Shown: positions 52,540-64,000 of the stretch, piece after piece
Position numbering within the stretch: the first letter of the stretch is position 1
Layout: every line of letters starts with the position of its first letter
From: Euglena gracilis
Taxonomy: Eukaryota
Direction of reading: 5' to 3'
Assembly (NCBI GenBank): GCA_039621445.1
Contig: CP154954.1
Location: forward strand, 44,061,847-44,125,846
Length of the DNA: 64,000 bases
The notes under the pieces: generated by a model
Databases searched by the model: none
Told to the model about the DNA's origin: nothing
What the model saw: only the letters and a program-made list of their open reading frames with translations
Position numbers and translations under genes: made by a program

Positions 52540-53900
52540 TGGGTGTATATATATATATATATATATATGCACACACATATACACACAAAATTTGGCGACT
52601 GAATACATAACCCTCTTTGCACGCCTTTGAATGGGAATCATAAAGATGGTCCACAAAATATATTGGTGTTTGAGGTAAATTCCATCACTCATTCTGGAAA
52701 AAAAAAGTTTCAAAAGGTTGTTAATAATCCTTGAATGATTTAAAACTGAATGTAAAATGCAAAACCAATTCTGCCAAAATTGAAAAACATACAACAAACA
52801 GCCAATGTGCCCCTTTGACCCAATCTTCCCAAACCTTCAGCAAAATCTTTGATCATTTTCCCGCACCTCTTTTGAAAAAATATTGATGTGCCCAATTGTC
52901 GGAACTCCCTTCCATCTCCTCCCCTGTACCTTTTGGTGTCCTCCGCACTAATTCCGGGATTGGTGAGGCGGGGGGGGGGATTCAAGCAATCCTCCGCCAC
53001 GCTTTGAACACCACCTTCCAGGCACGTGCAGCCAGCTCGGCACCTGAAGGGCCCCCCGCCTCCGGTGGGCCCAGCGCTGCCTCCGGCGTTGCCTCCACCG
53101 GCAGTCCGGCGCCGGGCTCCGCCTCCTCCCGCCCCGCCGCTACCACGGCGGCGGCCAGCGCGGGGGCTGCCTCGGCCGGCGGGGGGAGAGGGAGGGGGGC
53201 GGCCTCCACCGGCTGAGGGGCCTCCGGCTGTGAGAAAGGAGGGGGGCCTCCAGGAGGGAACGTTTGGGGGAAGCCACCGCCGTGGGCGGCCTTCCTCTCT
53301 GATTCCTGAACAGTCCACATTCCGGGGCAAGGTGCGAGGCTCACCCAGCAGAGGCCCCGGGGATGCGGCAACCAACCGTTGGTTGCGCGATTTTTTTTAC
53401 TGAATTTGACTTCTTTCAGGTTCGACCTTGCCAGATGGAGGAAGTAGGGTGCTTTGTTTTGCTCTTTGTGTCTTTATTGTGTGTCTTTTGCCCTTTTGAA
53501 TAAAACAAAGCAAAACAAAACAAAAGGCAAAACTGTCCACAAAACAAACAAAACAAACAACATCACGCTTCTTTTAACATATCATTTTCTCAGTGGCAAT
53601 GTTGGTGGAGAACAGCGTGAATCTTGTGAATCACTGAATTTTTTTCAAAAGACCATCCTGTTGGAGGGACCCAGGTGACAGGTGTGGTCAAAGAGGCGCT
53701 GGGGGCGCTTCGGACAGTGCATCAAACAAATGTTGAAAATAGCAATTGAAAATGGAACAGAAATGGGAACGGAATTGAATGGCAGACCCACGACATCATT
53801 TTTCCGTTTGTAGTGAGATTTCTCCGAAACCTCACTGCCCCTTTTGGCCACTGCGTGCGTTGTGCGCAGCATGAACCCTCTGCAATCCCTTCCTCCTTGG
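11576..53900 (-). CDS. Very large multi-exon gene (or adjacent co-oriented genes) with a C-terminal ADP-ribosyltransferase domain; 5' boundary uncertain
   Basis: More than 35 short GC-rich exon-like segments lie on the minus strand, e.g. 11576-11708, 12192-~12410, ~15580-15764, ~16197-16246, ~16950-17090, ~21020-21100, ~22335-22450, ~24066-24260, ~25723-25900, ~26140-26235, ~26530-26690, ~38170-38300, ~41010-41195, ~41540-41650, ~41920-42217, ~42520-42790, ~46780-47130, ~48900-49120, ~50125-50420, ~51620-51900 and ~52990-53230. The stop codon TGA is at 11576-11578. Continuity of the whole span is inferred. Confidence 0.6.
12630..13835. repeat. Unclassified composite repeat with internal tandem units
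   Basis: Contains a (CCGG/CCGGC)n tract, a duplicated ~120-bp unit (12721 and 12880), and three copies of a unit CCRTATCT..G.C.AGGCG..GAGTTG...ATACC.GT.GAT.GGGC (about 13065, 13285, 13490). Confidence 0.6.
14281..14720 (-). mobile_element. Repeat family A, reverse copy
   Basis: Starts CTTGTAAACCCCCGGGGTTTATAAG and is reverse-complementary to 7245-7632. Confidence 0.75.
15765..16196 (-). other. Nonconventional intron within the ART domain
   Basis: On the minus strand: CGG CCC|GGG TAG G...CCTG GGGCC|GGC AGC ATC. The join is in frame ([14 protein letters not shown]) with no GT/AG. The junction octamers GGCCCGGG / GGGCCGGC match at 6/8. Confidence 0.6.
17481..20056 (+). repeat. Compound microsatellite (CATA)n with (CAGA)n, (CATG)n and (CA)n blocks, ~2.6 kb, intronic
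   Basis: Read directly from the sequence. Confidence 0.98.
20107..20487. mobile_element. Foldback element with ~110-bp imperfect inverted arms
   Basis: CCCAGGTTGGCCACGGG...GGTTGGCCTGAGGTCG is inverted relative to CGACCTCAGGCCAACC...CCCGTGGCCAACCTGGG. Confidence 0.8.
23895..24045. repeat. Tandem duplication, ~78-bp period, 2 copies
   Basis: GCACATTTCCCCCGACACAGATGCACTTGCATACGGGGGATCACTTGGACGTC...TTCGGGCACG occurs twice. Confidence 0.9.
24340..24960 (-). mobile_element. Repeat family A, diverged reverse copy with a nested insertion (~24458-24700)
   Basis: CAGGTTTGGTTGGTCAGCC, AAATTGGCAATTTTCGGCAAA and AAAATCAGTTTTTGGG are collinear with the 14281 and 61793 copies. Confidence 0.6.
25242..25722 (-). 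mobile_element. Nonconventional intron that consists of a hAT-like MITE (25247-25719) plus 3+5 flanking nt
   Basis: TIRs are CAGGCTGACTTTTA / TAAAAGGAAGCCTG. Removing 25242-25722 joins ...[17 protein letters not shown] in frame. The element shares termini and internal motifs with 45331-45757 and 60287-60585. Confidence 0.65.
26921..27107. mobile_element. MITE with ~26-bp TIRs, nested within another short inverted repeat (26887-27152)
   Basis: TIRs are ACGGGGGTTATTTATGGAGTAGGGTT / AACCCTCCTCCATGAATAACCCCCCGT. Confidence 0.7.
27956..38110 (+). repeat. Giant (TATG)n microsatellite, ~10.2 kb, with (GATG)n, (CATG)n, (TACG)n and (GGGT)n blocks
   Basis: Read directly from the sequence. It lies between minus-strand exon-like segments at about 27850-27880 and 38170-38300. 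Confidence 0.98.
39440..39810 (-). CDS. Exon encoding the C-terminal half of a RING-like finger (EC...KCPKCR), an acidic tract and a CxxC..CxxC zinc-finger start
   Basis: Boundaries are cag|G GAG TGC ATG ... GAC CCC AGC CTG|gt. The translation is [23 protein letters not shown]...[22 protein letters not shown]. Confidence 0.6.
40791..40980 (+). repeat. (CACAA)n/(CGCAA)n and (CA)n microsatellite
   Basis: Read directly from the sequence. Confidence 0.95.
42885..43025. repeat. Short internally repetitive foldback
   Basis: AACGACATTTGAGGAGG and CCTCCTCAAATGTCGTT are inverted, with further GAGCCTCC/GGAGGCTC units. Confidence 0.75.
45331..45757. mobile_element. hAT-like MITE with a perfect 8-bp TSD, nested in a reverse copy of the 8212-type unit
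   Basis: TSD GCTCAGAC is at 45323-45330 and 45758-45765. TIRs are CAGGCTGTTGTTTA / TAAAATACAGCCTG. Confidence 0.9.
52165..52376. mobile_element. MITE-like element
   Basis: Inverted ends AGAACTGTGCAGGAA / TTCCCGTACAGTTCT. Confidence 0.55.
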
Positions 53901-53983
53901 GACCCTAGAATGCTGAATTTTTCAGCGAGGCCGACCCCACCCCCCTGGGTGCCCTAGAGTGCCCAGTCAGCACCCAGTGCCCT

Positions 53984-54242
53984 CAGGGCGGGGGGGGGGG
54001 GGTTAACCCCCCCCCAAATAACCTGGCGGGGCCCTTGCTCCTGGCGGGGGCCAAATAACTTGGTGGGGGGAGGGGTAAAAAAGGTGGTTGCAGTAACTTG
54101 GCACCCCCTTTTTTAGACAAAATTCCTTTATGGAGCTGAAAAGGGGGCCCAAATAACCTGGCAGGGGGGCAGGGCCAAAAGTTCGTTCCAATAAACTGGC
54201 ACCCCGCCAGGTTATTTGGGGGGGGGGGGGTTAATGCCAGGA
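53984..54242. repeat. AAATAACCTGGC-motif repeat family (related sequence at about 46430-46570)
   Basis: Several AAATAACCTGGC(G/A)GGG units occur in both orientations. Confidence 0.6.
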
Positions 54243-55180
54243 ACCCTCCTCCCAATGGAATTGGTCAAATTCAGCAACCAAGCAACTGGAACCAAGAGTG
54301 AAACTGAAACCAACAAAAGCGATGAAAACAACAAAAATGATTCAAAAATCATCATTTCCACTTGTGATTCAGAAAAAAATCATATAAAAAAATCATCAAG
54401 AGGGTGCCGTATTGCGTCCAGGAAATCTGAAAAACAGAGATTCACCATATTTGAAAGACAAATATTACCATATCCAATCACGAAACGTCGGCCAAGCATG
54501 AAAGAGAGACTGAGATTAGACACAAACCACAAAGACGCTTTTCCCTCTCTCACAAACAAACATGTTCAGGGTTGTAAGATTCCGATGACTTTTTCTTGCA
54601 GTTATCTTCATCTCATCGGGCTGTTCTATAGTCTGTATTCTATAGTCGGGGAATTGTTTTCATTGTGCAACATAAAAGTGGAGCCCACACCGCAGTTACA
54701 CCATGGTTACACCATGGCGACACTGGGGTGGGCAATGTCCCTTAGCAGGGCAGAGGACAACGTTGTCTACAGTGTGCATGGGACATGGGGGAGACATTCA
54801 GGTCCATTGCCATCCAATAATAAATGAAATGACAATGCCAATGACAAAACAACTCTGCCACTGTGCCAGCTGCTTTTGTCACACGTGGCCACAGCAGACG
54901 GCGTGTGGATGTTTGCCTTTTCGTTCTGCCCAGTTGATATGCCAACAGTCAGTTGATTACTGTTCAAACACCGACTGGAAACTCTGAGGAATATTTCGAC
55001 TTTGGGGGCCTACAAAGCTATGCCTTCTTGGATTCGCTCCTCATTTCTTTGATTTTTCCCACAACGAGGTGATGCCCATTTCTGCTCCGGTGGATACAAA
55101 TTCAATGTGTGTGAAGGGGAGAGTTATTGTGGCTTCTCTCTGGGATTTATGGGATCTTTTGCTCAGAGGGCAAGACAGTA

Positions 55181-55575
55181 AACCACCCAAATAATACCCC
55201 CCTCAAATAATACCCCCCCCCTCGGGGTCCGACTTCCGCCACCGAATTAATACCCTCCCCCCTAAATCTCGGGCCGACAACCCGGATTTTGACCTGAAAA
55301 TTTGGGTAAAAATCACAACTTCTGACAACAAATTACGAAAAAAAAATCGATTTTTCTGGATTATCTGGCCTCCAAAAATGCTAAATTGCATGAGAAAAGA
55401 CAAAAAATGACCCCAAAGGGGGGGTTTTGGGTGCTATTTTGGCTCCTATGGGACTTCAAAAATTTCGAAAAATTTGGGGTGCTATTACCCCCCCAAATAA
55501 TACCCCCCCCTCGGGCCAGGACTTCGGGCGAAAAAATAATACCCCGGGGGGGGTATTACTTGGGGGGAGGGGGTT
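55181..55575. mobile_element. MITE-like element with AATAATACCCC subrepeats
   Basis: CCCAAATAATACCCC is at the left end and GGGGTATTACTTGGG at the right. The motif is repeated internally. Confidence 0.55.
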
Positions 55576-55726
55576 AGCTGGTTTACTGGATTTTGCCAGT
55601 TATGGAAAATGCGGCGAGACGAAAATTGTTGGATCAAATTTGCCAACATTTTTGATTGGAATCATTTTTTGCCATCATGCGAATCAAATGGGTCATCAGG
55701 GGGTCGACCCTTTTCCTTTCAAACAA

Positions 55727-64000
<8,274 letters not shown>

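Noticed and set aside
54216-54827. 203-aa plus-strand ORF
   Set aside because: It is AT-rich, lacks the GC3 bias of real exons, starts in a repeat and has no recognisable motif.

Overview
Eukaryotic nuclear DNA, most likely from a euglenid (Euglena-like). The evidence is GC-rich exons, a mix of GT-AG introns and non-GT-AG introns of the euglenid 'nonconventional' type (N3-CAG...CTG-N5), and a probable trans-splice acceptor before an ATG. Three spliced genes can be read by hand. (1) At 113-5161 (+) is a protein with a ParB/Srx-like N-terminal domain (ILSGQHR), a degenerate beta-class N6/N4 DNA methyltransferase-like region and a Lys/Pro-rich tail; about 19 copies of a palindromic CGG-N4-CCG motif lie in its introns and 3' flank. 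(2) At about 11576-53900 (-) is a very large multi-exon gene, possibly more than one, ending in an R-S-E (ARTC-type) ADP-ribosyltransferase domain. (3) At about 55727 to beyond 64000 (-) is a coiled-coil gene with many exact 126-nt phase-0 exons. Introns and intergenic DNA are packed with non-autonomous elements: hAT-like MITEs with 8-bp TSDs (one forms an entire nonconventional intron), a MULE-like element with a 9-bp TSD, a Helentron-like family and foldbacks. There are also very long microsatellites: 2.6 kb (CATA)n, 10 kb (TATG)n and 0.9 kb (GT)n. All domain calls are manual motif recognition, not database hits.
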